Under the pieces are notes generated by a model that made no database searches, was not told the DNA's origin, and saw only the letters and a program-made list of their open reading frames with translations. From positions 98,270,001 to 98,334,000 of the forward strand of contig NC_042999.1 of assembly GCF_006345805.1 (NCBI RefSeq): a stretch of 64,000 nucleotides of DNA, given 5' to 3'. How positions within the stretch are numbered: the stretch's first letter is position 1; the number at the start of each line of letters is the position of its first letter. This DNA comes from Octopus sinensis. Lineage: Eukaryota. Shown here one piece after another: positions 1 to 12,342 of the stretch. The position numbers were made by a program, and so were the translations under genes.

Positions 1-994
1 TTTTATTTCCCCCCATGAAAAGGTTAGTATTTGAAATGCTAATAACTTGAAAATGAAGGGAGATAGAGCAATTGATAGTAGATTCTAACATACTGGATAC
101 AGATCACTCGGGGTAGCCAATTGTAGTCAGATACTATGATTACTTTTAAAGATATTCAGCACCAAAGTCTGTATAAATTGACATTCGCTCCCCACGAGGG
201 GCGTGGCTCTCAAATTTTGGCGGGGCATATCTTTGAAGCCCTTAAGAACTGGACCCTAAAATTATGCATGTGTTCCTTATGCATATAGAGGTATTGCCAA
301 AAGAAAATTGAGCTAAATCTGAGTTGGTCACATGTACAGCACTGGTTGAATTCATAAGCCTATTAGCATATATTTACTCTATTGCTGACATTTATGAATG
401 TTTTCTATCATTGTTTTGATGCGCCATTTTTTAATCATTAATAAAATTGTCAAGATTTTTGACGACACAGGTGTGCTAATATATGTATATCAAGTACATG
501 TATATGAATGTATACACGATGTGTCTATAAGAATGTATGCACCAACGTATGCACATGTATATGTGTGTATACATGCTTGTAAAGATGACAAACCGAAAGA
601 TAATCGACGTTCTTCTGCTTATATGGCTTTCTTAAAGATTGTCATTTTAATATAAAATATATATATATAAGGTATTTTTGAAGTAACAACTCTTGTTCGT
701 ATATGCTAAATTCAAGAGCCTAAAGGAACCAACATTAAAGAAAAATTTATTTTTCGTATTGGGAAACATATATCTATATCATAAGGAATCTGTGTAGTTT
801 TATATTTTGTTTAGTTAATGAAAATATGTTCACAATTAATCATCTGCTGGGGGTCATTTGAATAACTGAATAACTAAAATTAATTTTCGTTTGCTATCGG
901 GGTATATAACCTCTGTTCACTTTTAACCTTCGTAATTTAATGTTGCAATGGAATAAATAAATAAATCCACAAAACGTACGAAACGGATTGCATA

Positions 995-1145
995 CACTAG
1001 CGTAGCTGGGATAGGGCGGTAGGGGAGGTCCCCCCCCACCCGGGCACTTTTGGGTCCACTGTAGGCAATATGTGTTTTTTGTGGGGTCCGAGGGCGGCAA
1101 ATAGATGGGCCGCCCCGGGCGGCACACACTCTAGTTACGCTAGTG
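995..1145. mobile_element. MITE with CACTAGCGTAGCT termini (copy 1; inverted relative to the copy at 15716)
   Basis: TIRs CACTAGCGTAGCTGG ... CTAGTTACGCTAGTG; the interior is the reverse-complement homologue of 15716-15864; no TSD recognisable at this copy. Confidence 0.8.
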
Positions 1146-1829
1146 TGTAATTTCCACACATGGTGTGCAATTTGCACGCCATGAAAACCAATATTAACCG
1201 AAGATCCTCTTTCTATAATTAATTTGTAGCAGGTCATTTCTCTCTGGAATCGAACTTGAAACTCCTCATATCCAAATAGAGTGTTACCCGGCCAGCAATT
1301 CTACATTTGGACTGAGCTGCCTTCAAGCACTAAAGTACAGGCTCAAACACGCCTTCTACGTTCATTTTTAGCCAATGATATCGTGTCATTGTTTGATAGC
1401 CAACTGTCATTTAGATCAAAGCCCTAGCTGATATCTGTTTTACGCACGAAATTGCAATAAAACATTCTAAAAGCAATTTTTTTGCCAATTTAAAGCTTTT
1501 TTTTTTTTTAATAAATTCTTGGAACTTGATTTCTCTTTAGAAATCGTCTTACCTGCTATAAGACTCCATGTCCGTTGGCAACGCGGTTAAAAGACAATTC
1601 TCTCACTCACCTTCATCCTCAATTCTTTCTCTCTCACATGCTCACAAACGGAGCATGTGAGAGAAGAACAATCATGCTCTGTTGAGTCATTCTAACTAGA
1701 CTTTCCCATTTAGTACATTTTATCAGTACACTTATATTAAGTTTTATTAACGAGAATAAAGTTTATGGTGATTTAACATGCAGCCTTCAAACACTTGTTT
1801 CTCACAGCAATGCATCCTTCTATCAAGTT

Positions 1830-2650
1830 AAAAACTTTATGGAATAGCGTAGTCTTCAGAGGAAAAAAAACCCTTAAGTGTCGTTAATGTAACGTGCCTG
1901 CGAACTGGATGAACTGGACAAAACATAATGTATTAAAGTACATGTGAAGTAGGGAACTGTGTTAAATACAAACAGAATGAACGAATTCATGATGCCTTTT
2001 TTGTGCGCGGTCAAAAATTTCATTAGGGAAATGTATAGAAACCATTTATGTTTGTCAGTGCCAAGCAAGTGCTACTCATGTTGTTAGTTTTTCTGATAAA
2101 CAGTAGATATTTACAATTTTTGCCGTGTAGTATGTAAGAATTACTTTATAGATAAGCTGATAAATCTTGGTGAATCTAGAATCATTGTCTAAATCGATGA
2201 ATCGTGATTTCCACATAAACAAAACACTATAGGGGTGTACACCACACAAACATCTTTGATATTTTTGGTAGTGATATATCAACGTCGTCATCATTGGGAT
2301 ACATGGAAATGTTGAAACAACACAACGCTAACAGGCTGTTGCTAGCATTTATGCACCATAAAACTAACTGTGAATAATGATAAATGGCAGGCGTATGTAA
2401 ATGTTGGAAAACAGTTTCAGTTAACTCAAAAGACGGCAAATCATTCTTTGTGCTTGCTTAATAAAATATACAAGGGCGCATGCACAAACAATAGAAAGCT
2501 ATTGGAGTATAATAAAATCCTATATTAAAGGAGGGCACGGTTGCAAAAGTGGCTTTTTTATGCCCAGGGTTATATATATGGCATGAAAAGCATTGCTGTA
2601 TGTAATGTTCTTTGTAGTATTCATGTTCTTTGTAGTACAATTGTTGAACA
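1830..2650 (+). pseudogene. Degenerate Merlin (IS1016/IS1595-like DDE) transposase
   Basis: Manual + strand translation across stops and frameshifts gives CxxC near 1880, IDES at ~2193, LGYME, WQAY, NHSL and GAHAQTIESYW at ~2475-2505, in the order expected for ISXO2/Merlin transposases. Confidence 0.7.
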
Positions 2651-2899
2651 ATACACTTAATCTAAAATGTTATCAATGAGTCTTTTCAATGAGATTGTGC
2701 ATATATGCAAAGTCAAAAGTAAAAACAATGATACAAACAATAATAATGAAATATTGTTTTCGTTCCTAAATTATCTATTTTCTGTGTAATATCTTTTCAT
2801 AGTGTTTATACTTATAAGAGCTTTCTGCCGTTTGTTTTGTTGTTATCATCATAGGACATTATAAGTGGGGGTGGGGTGCTTGTCAACTTTATAAGCTTC

Positions 2900-3205
2900 T
2901 ATATCTGTATATAAGTATAACTTTCACCGATGTATATTTAAAAGTATATAAAGGTATATGTTCATGTAAAGATATATATATATATGAAAGATATATATTT
3001 TCAGTATGTGACCTCGTGAGTACCACCGGCGATTCTTTTTCCTCTGTCTTCCCTTCTCGGGATCTTTCCTTCTTCTGTGTTTCCGACGAAGAGCTCCGCT
3101 CGAAACGTTAAATCCTCCTTCTTCCCTTCTTTCCTGAGCGTCCAATAATACTTTATTTGTTCCACGTCCTTGCGTTGTTGTGTTTTTTTGTTTTCTTGTT
3201 TGGAT

Positions 3206-3210
<5 letters not shown>
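2900..3210 (+). mobile_element. Penelope-like terminal (pLTR) fragment ending in (TA)n
   Basis: Contains a minimal hammerhead-like motif at 3079-3113, followed by a T-rich tail abutting a (TA)n tract; left boundary approximate. Confidence 0.5.
3079..3113 (+). ncRNA. Minimal type I hammerhead ribozyme-like motif (core variant)
   Basis: ttt-CCGACGAA-gagc-tcc-gctc-GAAAC-GT-TA-aa: CUGANGA-like box with U>C, 4-bp stem II, GAAA, very short palindromic stem III. Confidence 0.5.
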
Positions 3211-3246
<36 letters not shown>

Positions 3247-3350
3247 ACTAAAATACTGATAAACTGGGACATTGGAGCGAACCTCCTTATGATATTTATT
3301 ACCCCTCAAACACTCGACCAAACACCCACACATCCACACCCACAAACATC

Positions 3351-3435
<85 letters not shown>
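3210..3435. repeat. (TA)n and (CA)n microsatellites
   Basis: Direct reading: (TA)n 3210-3244, (CA)n ~3351-3434. Confidence 0.95.
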
Positions 3436-3438
<3 letters not shown>

Positions 3439-4577
3439 ACAGTCAGACTTTTGTAACTCTTGCTATTGGAAATACGAAGAAATACGTGGTTTTGCTGTTG
3501 GAAAACTGATAACCAACGACATTGTTGTTCACAAAATGCATGGTGAAAAAGTAATTTTATAAAAATAAAGCTAAGTAAATATATAGATATTTCGTCGAAC
3601 ATGCATTAGAACATGCATGTTATAAAACTAATTAAAACGATAAAAGGGAGAAGATCGGATATTGATCCTCAGAGAGAGCTGATTTTCTGAGTAAAAGATA
3701 ATTGAATAAATATAAGAGAGGGCAGCTTTAATCTGCCAGTATCAGCTCAATATAATATTTGATCTTTGTACTTGTATGATATTTAATCCTCCACCGAACA
3801 CAATATTTAATATTGTGTCTCATGTACTTGTATTTTAGATTTTGCTGTCTAATTTTCAGAATGGAGACACGGCTCTTTGCTTTTAAAGAAATGGCGTGTC
3901 TTTAGAAAGTTTTTACAATCTTTTCTACACTTATTCCCGCAACTGACATAACTTGTATAGTTTTTCATGTATTTTTTCAAAAAATGAATCTTCCAATCGT
4001 TTTCTTTTTTTCTTTTTTACAGTATACAACTCAAATTGCAATTTCATGTTATGGGCAAGGTATAATATTTTAAGAGAATTTCTTTGTAAAGCATTATTTC
4101 TATCTTATCAAATTCTTAGACATCCTCTTCAATAGGATACACATTTGTAAAACATAAGCAAACAAGACGGTCTCTACGTGGCCTCCTTACCCGCTAGAAA
4201 TAAAAGCCAAATTTCATTCATATTGCACTTTATTATTGTAATATTCGATAGTGTTGTGGTAGATGCACTATGGCTGCATATAAAAGAGAGAGAGAGAGAG
4301 GGTGGGGAGAGATATCTTTATAGCTATTATAGCTCAGCTTCCTCAGAGCTATCCTGGGGTTAAAACTCGTTTAAACGATCCATTACAAGATTTTGACAAT
4401 TTACTATATACAAGATCAGAAAATGATACGAGACCTCTGCCAAAGGAGTACACGAGATTTTCCTCTTGCTTATAGTAGTTAACAAACCAACTAAAAGAAC
4501 AGCTAATGTCTAATACAGGTGGTCATTGACAGCGGCTGATGAAGACGTCTAGACTTTTGAATATATAGTGGTGTGTG

Positions 4578-5269
4578 CAGTGGCGGCTCCTGTATAGGCA
4601 CGGCGGAACTGCAGCACTCCCTATTTCCACTTGATATTATCGATAACATTCAATATAAAGAGTCCTTTTTACTTTAATTCTTTCTTTATACTTGTATATT
4701 ATATAATCCTTAAGCTTAATTTCAGTAGCCATCCCCTAGTTTATGAAAAAGATACAAAAATCCGTGTATAGAACTGTGTGCTTCAGTTCCAGTGACGCGG
4801 TGTTTGGCTGTTGTGTGCATGCTCATATGTCCAAGATATGAACCTGCACGCTAAGGAGAGAGAGCTCTGTCGTTCACGTAGTGCCGACCCTGGTGTGCTG
4901 GTGAAAAGTAGTGTCTCATTTTGACTCCGCGTGTGTTGTGTTTATATTCTTGAATGTGATAAAGTGTAGAATTAGCTTATTATCCTGCTTCCGACTAGTG
5001 CTAGTGCCAGGATTTGGAAAATAGGGCAGATTCCACCCCCAACCTTATTTTATGATTTAGGGGGATTTTTGAAAAACAAGGGGGAATTCGCGGTTGTGTT
5101 CAGTGAACAAATTAAACACACTACTCAGCAGTGGTTAAAACGCGAACCGATCAAGTTTATGTATAAATTTTCTTTTTATATGTATGTTTTCTTTTACACA
5201 ATATTAAAACAACGGCTAAAAAGTATCTGAAGCAGCACTCCAACTAATTTTATATACTAGCAGCCACTA
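4578..5269. mobile_element. Non-autonomous hAT element
   Basis: Termini CAGTGGCGGCT / AGCAGCCACTA; 8-bp TSD ggtgtgtg / ggtgtatg (7/8); GCAGCACTCC repeated near both ends. Confidence 0.75.
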
Positions 5270-5471
5270 GGTGTATGTAATACAGTAACGAGGTTAAATT
5301 CCAAAAGAATGGTCATTGCACTGATATCTGGATCGACGGCTTAGAAGTAACTAAAACGAGAAATAAAGGCTCAGATTTTCTGGAGTCATAAAATTATGAT
5401 TTTCCGTTGTTTGTCTTTTTAACTACTCAGAGGAAGAGACAGTGTTAAAGATCTTCAGCTTGATAATATTA

Positions 5472-5622
5472 GTTTCAAATATTGGCACAAGACCAGAAAT
5501 TTCGGGGGAGGAGGTAAGTCGATTATATATCGACCCAGTGCGTAACTGGTACTAATTTTATAGACTCGGAAAGGATGAAAGGCATTTTGCCCGGCGTGCT
5601 AATGATTCTGCTAGCTCGCTGC
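5472..5622 (-). mobile_element. tRNA-derived SINE (GCCTTTCATCCTTTC core family), internally deleted
   Basis: Family head and core present; 13-bp direct repeat cttgataatatta at 5459-5471 and 5623-5635. Confidence 0.85.
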
Positions 5623-5646
5623 CTTGATAATATTAAAACGGTAGAT

Positions 5647-6045
5647 AGGACGGTGAGCTGGCAGAATCGTTAATGCTTAGCGGCATTTCTTCCGACTTTA
5701 CGTGCTGAGTTCAAATACCGCAAAAATCGACTTTCCTTTTCACAACGTATTTAGTACGCGATGGAATTTTGGCAATGTGTGATCGCTATGAGACTTCTCC
5801 TCACATTGTTAAACCGACATCTTGTAGGTATTTATTCTTTTATTCGTTTACTTGTTTCAGTCGTTTGACTGCGGCCATGCTGGAGCACCGCCTTTAGTTG
5901 AACAAATCGACCCCAGAACTTATTCTTTGTAAGCCTAGTACTTATTCTATCGGTCTCTTTTGCCGAACCGCTAGGTTACGGAGACATAAACCCACCAGCA
6001 TCGGTTGTCAAGCGACGGTGAAGGGACAAACACAGACACAAACAG
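5647..6045. mobile_element. Two SINE fragments (+ head 5647-5745; - 3' part ~5830-6045)
   Basis: ggtgagctggcagaatcgtt head; cttgtttcagtc..tgactgcggccatgctggagcaccgcc segment shared with 17620-17760. Confidence 0.8.
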
Positions 6046-6399
6046 CATTCATCTTGATATGTGATAGTGATTATGTGCATGCAGTGGATGGAAAATAGGT
6101 TGTCATGTCACCATTAAATAATGTTTGCGGGGTGTCTGTATGAAGAAGGTTAAAAATGACGAGTGGTGCCATCTGCCAATGAACAATGTGAACAGGTACG
6201 CTGCAGATATTTTTTTTAAAAAGTGTAGAAGATGTAGCCAAACATAAAGTTCACCAGAATTGAATGGACTGAGTTCGTTAACGCATACTGTAATATATAA
6301 GTCTGTCATGGAACTCTCGATCCAAGAAATGTGATACTGATTGAACTCCTCTTGAACGGAATTGAACTCCTCTTAGACAGAAGTGAACTCCTCTTGGAC

Positions 6400-7130
6400 A
6401 AATTTTCTGTCTAAGAGAATTTATCCAGAAATATTTAATGAGGTTAAGGGAAGTAACGTTTCTTTTGCCCAATTTTAAAGGGAGAGATATATCAGATACG
6501 AAACATGATATCAAAACCGTTAGATTTAGCTCTACGGTAATTGTACTGCTAACCTCTCTAGAAAAGAAACAGATTGAAGGTCATACAATAAATAATTGCT
6601 TAAAACTGTTTCAATTGCTTTGAATTATTGGATGAAAATTCGATAGGATGGTAGTTGTTAGGGCCAAAGTTGTTTACAATCATGGAAACAAGTCACAGAG
6701 CAGCACGCTTTTGTGACTTGAAAAAGATATTTGTGGAGAGAAAAGAAATATTGAAAAATTTAGTCGGTACATTATCTGGTTTTAAAACACACATTTTGAA
6801 GACACCGTTGACAGCCATCGCCTTTTGGGATTGAAGTGAACAGAAATGCTTTCACTCAGATGTAGTTACATAGAGAAGGATTTTGCGAGAAGTGTTGTGT
6901 TTGCAATATGGATTTGGAGGCTAGATGGACAGTAAATGAAATGGATTTTTCATGAGCATTTTACCTAGAGTTGTCCAGAAGGATAGGTAGGAAAACTTTT
7001 CAAAATTAAGATAAAAAAGGGTCTACTTCCTTTTTGGTGCCGGGAGGGCTGGTAAGCTGTTCAATGCGCGAAAAGGTATCCATTATTTTCTTGAATGTTG
7101 TCGCAAGAAGAAGGTAAATGGATCCTAATA
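6400..7130 (+). mobile_element. Possible highly degenerate LINE C-terminal region
   Basis: Cys cluster HREGFCEKCCVCNMDLE at ~6870-6920 resembles the LINE ORF2 zinc motif; no other motif confirmed. Confidence 0.25.
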
Positions 7131-7533
7131 GGTGATGATCAGTGATTACCTCCATTGGTTATAAGCAGTATTCTTTGCTTGTATTATTGCAGAGCAGCTA
7201 CAAATAAAGCTCATGAGAGCTTTAGTTGTGAGAAATGTAGAAGGGCATCTCTATGTAGATGGTACTATGTCAACAGACTCTATCAAATGAATGAAAGTTA
7301 GCAGCATTGAAGCTGATTTGAGGGCTAAACATACACCCACACAACAATTCAAAATTAAAATATGATAAATAGCTGAAAGACAAATTTGAAACTAGATAAA
7401 AAAAATTCACTCTATTACTACACGAACCATACCTTTGGCTTAAATATTTGGAATAGATAAACGTCAAGTACAATTTCTACAAGATCAGATAGACTCGAAA
7501 TGGTGTTGTCTAACTGCTTTGATTACTGTGATA

Positions 7534-8108
7534 CATGATGGTGTACGAAAAAGTAGCAAGGGTTCCGTACCATAGGGTAAATACAGAAATAAATTTACAC
7601 ACACGTAAAAGCACCCAGACTTTCGTTTACAAGTGTCACTGTTATTTCGACCGCTTGTAACTATTGAATAAATATGGCGCATTAGTCGACTGTTTGATAT
7701 GTTATCCTTACCGCATCATCACCACAGTTGATTGTAAAATCCTAGCCTTTTCTGCGAGATGATGTACTCAATAGCGGATAGAGTGGCGATTGTGGAAGCA
7801 TATATGAGAACGGGTTGTGTTAAGCAAACAAGCGGAATTTTTGAAGTCAAGTTTCCGAATAGAAGCTTACCTGCAAAGAGATCGCTATAAATGTTGATTA
7901 AGAAGTGACGCGCTACGGGATCAGTGAACAACGCGCCAAGCCAGAGAGGCCTTATAGCAATCTCATATAAGTAGGAGGTCATGCCAACGGGTGTTGAAAA
8001 GATTTAAATTCAAGCCATATCATTTCACATTTGTACGGTACTTGTAAATTTATTTCAGTATTTACACTATGCTAAGGAACCCAAGCAACTTTTCCATGCG
8101 TCAATATG
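7534..8108 (+). mobile_element. Internally deleted Tc1/mariner element retaining the N-terminal HTH
   Basis: Imperfect ~70-bp TIRs (catagggtaaatacagaaataaatttaca vs tgtaaatttatttcagtatttacactatg); 7759-~7950 reads MMYSIADRVAIVEAYMRTGCVKQTSGIFEVKFPNRSLPAKRSL*MLIKK*RATGSV, a DUF4817-type HTH. Confidence 0.75.
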
Positions 8109-8287
8109 AAAATTTTCAGAGCATGCTATGTAGTATGAATATTTAAAGGAGTTTGCTTCGATTTAACACTAGTCATATGATCCGATGGGTGCCCGAACAG
8201 TGATAGTCGAAGGATTGGATTTAGAGACGAGAAACAAATCAAGTGTTTTTGAAGTGTCAGATGGAGACTCGGATATGTAAGGATATT

Positions 8288-8639
<352 letters not shown>

Positions 8640-8967
8640 CTACTTTTCTTGTTGCAGGATCAGTGACTGATTGTCGCTTGGTTTTCTATATATTGCGAGC
8701 TGGAGCGAATTCCCGCTATTTCTAGCGGCCAGGTGTTTACCATTGACGATGGGCACGCATAGTCTGAAAACGTGATCACATCGTCGGCTAGAGGAAAACA
8801 GCGGTTCGCTCCCCAGCTTGCAGTATATACTGGGTGCAGATTGCATCTATAACCAGCTGGAGGAGGTTCTTCCTGGGGTTAAAAATAGTTGTATCGTCGA
8901 ACAACCATATAGTTACTATTTTCATCTCTTATAGAGATTATCTAACTAGTTACTTTTCTTGCTATAC

Positions 8968-9029
<62 letters not shown>

Positions 9030-9030
<1 letters not shown>

Positions 9031-9440
9031 AAGTATCACTTGAAAAGGAAAGTGAGAGTAGAGAGGCAAGTTTTGTCTAGCGAATGTTTCAAAAAAAGAT
9101 GGGTGAATGTAGCAAGGATGGCACGTATGAATGACGAAGCCACCTTGAGCATAATCCTATGAACCTGGAAAAATTTTAAACAGAGGGTTACTTACTTGCA
9201 AATAAATGTGTTAACATGTGACATTATTGACTGAGGTTATCGTGGTCTTTTCCGTAGGCTTTTCTTTCCACGGATAAACCTTATCTTCTTCCCCCTTTAC
9301 ACTTTACATCATGACATTTCTGTGATATATGAACCCTATTGATCGAAAACCTACCCTATATTTTTTATCTCCAAAAAGTAAAAGCTCTACTTTGTAATTT
9401 GTCCCGTCTGTGTTCAGCCCTGTGTGGCTAATAAAGAAAC
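9030..9440 (+). mobile_element. 5'-truncated Tx1-clade (L1-like) LINE: ORF2 C-terminus plus 3' UTR
   Basis: KYHLKRKVRVERQVLSSECFKKRWVNVARM matches the C-terminus of the RT element at 35921-37900 (RKVRVER...RWVNV); ends in aataaagaaa; flanked by (TA)n on both sides. Confidence 0.75.
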
Positions 9441-9941
9441 ATATATATATATATATATATATATTATTTTTTTCCTTTTCATGTTTCAGTCCTAAGGCTA
9501 TGACCAACATTCCCATCACTCGCAGTCGAGGCATTCACTAACTGTACTCATGCGCTGACATAAACATCCTCTTGACGCTCTCACACAAGACTTAGAGGAA
9601 CATCCAGAATAAGATTAGAAGCAGAGCTCTGATGTACATACTTCCAGGATTCCGAAAATAGTAAAATAGTACACAATCGAAAGCAAAAAACAAATGGTGC
9701 GCATTAGAGTTGGTACTTCTGTTGGACCAGAATAGAGCTATTTATCCTCCTTTCTGTTCACTTTCTGACCTTAGTCAAGTTCTTCTCGTTCGAGAACAAA
9801 AGGATACTAGAGCTTGTCCGGCAAGTACTTCGACATGGTCACATGGTACTTACGGATGTTGCCAGACTCCAACTGCTCTCTCTCTCTCTCTCCTAATCAC
9901 GTTTTTTTTTTTGTTTGCACCTAATATGCTTATGTATCAGT

Positions 9942-10225
9942 GAACTCCGCTATACTGAGTTGGTCGTTGAAAGCTCTCATCTGTTTGCTGGTGTTACCGT
10001 TGATAACGTATTAGACCTCCTGAGTGAACTTGGCTATCCTGACGACGTTTGACCGTTCATAATGTTTCTTTGTCATTGCACAGATTACATGTCCGTGCAG
10101 TTCTTTCCTGGCTTTGAAATCTAAGCACGCAGCTTAGTTCAAGTAGTTGGCGATCTCCGAATTGCGAGAGCGACGAGCGCAGCATACCTTTTCTTCTCTT
10201 ATGTTAGACTGTAGTGGGCTTCCAT
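9942..10225 (-). pseudogene. Tc1/mariner (maT-like) transposase N-terminal fragment
   Basis: Manual translation MEAHYSLT*EKKRYAALVAL..SEIANYLN..KARKEL..KKHYERSNVVR..KFTQEV, a paired-like HTH region. Confidence 0.6.
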
Positions 10226-10289
10226 ATGTCTGAAAGAGAAGAGAAAAAGTTACAATTTGGTGCATGCCATTTAACATTGCATAAGAAGT

Positions 10290-10367
<78 letters not shown>

Positions 10368-11356
10368 GGTCTTTCATTAGAGAGCTTCAAGTATGTTAAA
10401 TACAGAGACCTCCATTTCATTGCTTGCTTAGAACACTAAGGACCCAGTTACGTTCAAGAGTTATTAGGACCACAAAAATAAAAATATAAATAAATAAATG
10501 AATAAATAAATAAGGGAGATTACCCTCAAATGTTTCACGGTTCATTAAACACTCGCTCAGAAGACAAGTACCTCCTCATTTTCCTATCCGCAAAGAGAAC
10601 TTATAGGAAACCGTCACTAAAATCAAACTCAAATCAGACCTTGAATGTAATGTCTAAACTAATTTGCATATCGTGCGTTTGCTAGTGACGTGTTGAAACA
10701 ATTAGAAATATATGTGCACAACCCATTTGGTTTGGGGGTGCCTTTAATGGAGTTCTCTCTGTTGGAAGTATTCAGAGCAGATGTCCAGTTTGAAGATAAC
10801 TTCCTTCCTTCCTTCTTTCCTTCCTTCCTTCCTGTCACAAGTATCAGAGACATGATAGAATAAAGAGTTGCCCTTCCCTCCCTGACTAAATGATATTTTA
10901 AAAATGTAGAGAATTAATTATTTAGTTCCGTGAGCCTCGCTCGGGGGCTCAGTAGAGGCTCTCTTGTAAGCTAAGGAGCAGCTTGATAGCAGCTTCCTCA
11001 TCGACCTTTTATTTTTAGTTGTGGTTATAAAAGTGATCTGTGATGTTTATTTGTCGGAATTAGACGTTTGCGCGCAGTTGTTTGGACGCTGAAGATTAGG
11101 TAAGGACTTCTGAACATTTAACCTATTTTAGCTGCGGTACTTTTCGGGGTAGGAGACAAACATGCATGCGCACGCAAGAATGTAGATATATGGAAAGAAT
11201 GAGTGAGAGAAAGATAGGAGAGATAGAAAGAGGGAGAGAGAGGGAGAAGAGGGCTGGAGACAGGGGAGAGAGGAAGAGAAGAGAGGGAAGGAAAGAGAGA
11301 GACATTACAGTTTATTAGTTGAACACATAAAGAAAAATATGCTCAAACACATAAAC

Positions 11357-11395
<39 letters not shown>

Positions 11396-11855
11396 CGGAG
11401 GAGGAGAATGAGAGAAAACATTAAAACGAATGTAACACTAAAATTTCTAATGTCAAATAAATCACCATCGAATCAGCGGCGCCAGGCGGCTGCGCCAAAA
11501 CGTCTCATACCCATTATCTGTATCTTCTTTTTTTTGTTTTTGTTTTTGCTAATGAAGTGAGAAAATTTAACCCTTATTATCTGACATATGTATAGAATAT
11601 TTTTTTCCTGAATTATCCATTTATATTCCTTAATGTTTTACGGTACAAAAGTTCATACGTGTTTACTTCCACTCTTTCTTGTATGTTAATTAACTCTATT
11701 GTACTTGAAAGGAGATCATCTACCTCAATGGTTCTCAACCGGGGTACATATGACCCTTGGGTATTTCATATAAGATTTTGTTGTCAAACTTTATGAGCAA
11801 TAAATTGGTTACACATCTACAATACACAAAATATTTTAACAATATTTTTATACAA

Positions 11856-12278
11856 GGTGCAGGAGTGGGTGTGTGATAAGTAGCTTGCTTACCAACCACA
11901 TGGTTTCGGGTTCATTCCTACTGCGTGGGACCTTGGGCAAGTATCTTCTACTATAACCTCGGGCCGACCAAAGCCTTGTGAGTGGATTTGGTAGACAGAA
12001 ACTGAAGAAGCCCGTCGTATATATGTATATATATATATATATATAATAAATATTAGGGAATGAATCCAAAATTACAGGGAAAAATCAGATTTAGGGTTAA
12101 ATCCAATTTTAAAGTAAAATATTATATAATATAATTCGAGACAAAACCACTATTTTAAAACCAAACAAGGAAAGACTTAATCAATACATAAAATTTTAAT
12201 ATAAATTAAATATTAAAATTTTATGTATTGATTAAGTCTTTCCTTGTTTGGTTTTAAAATAGTGGTTTTGTCTCGAAT

Positions 12279-12342
<64 letters not shown>

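Noticed and set aside
1-360. Possible DNA transposon end (GC-box-containing subterminal-like sequence)
   Set aside because: No TIR partner, TSD or coding motif visible in the window
6341-6402. CRISPR-like repeat-spacer pattern
   Set aside because: 12-bp repeats with 9-10-nt mutually related spacers, eukaryotic context, no cas genes
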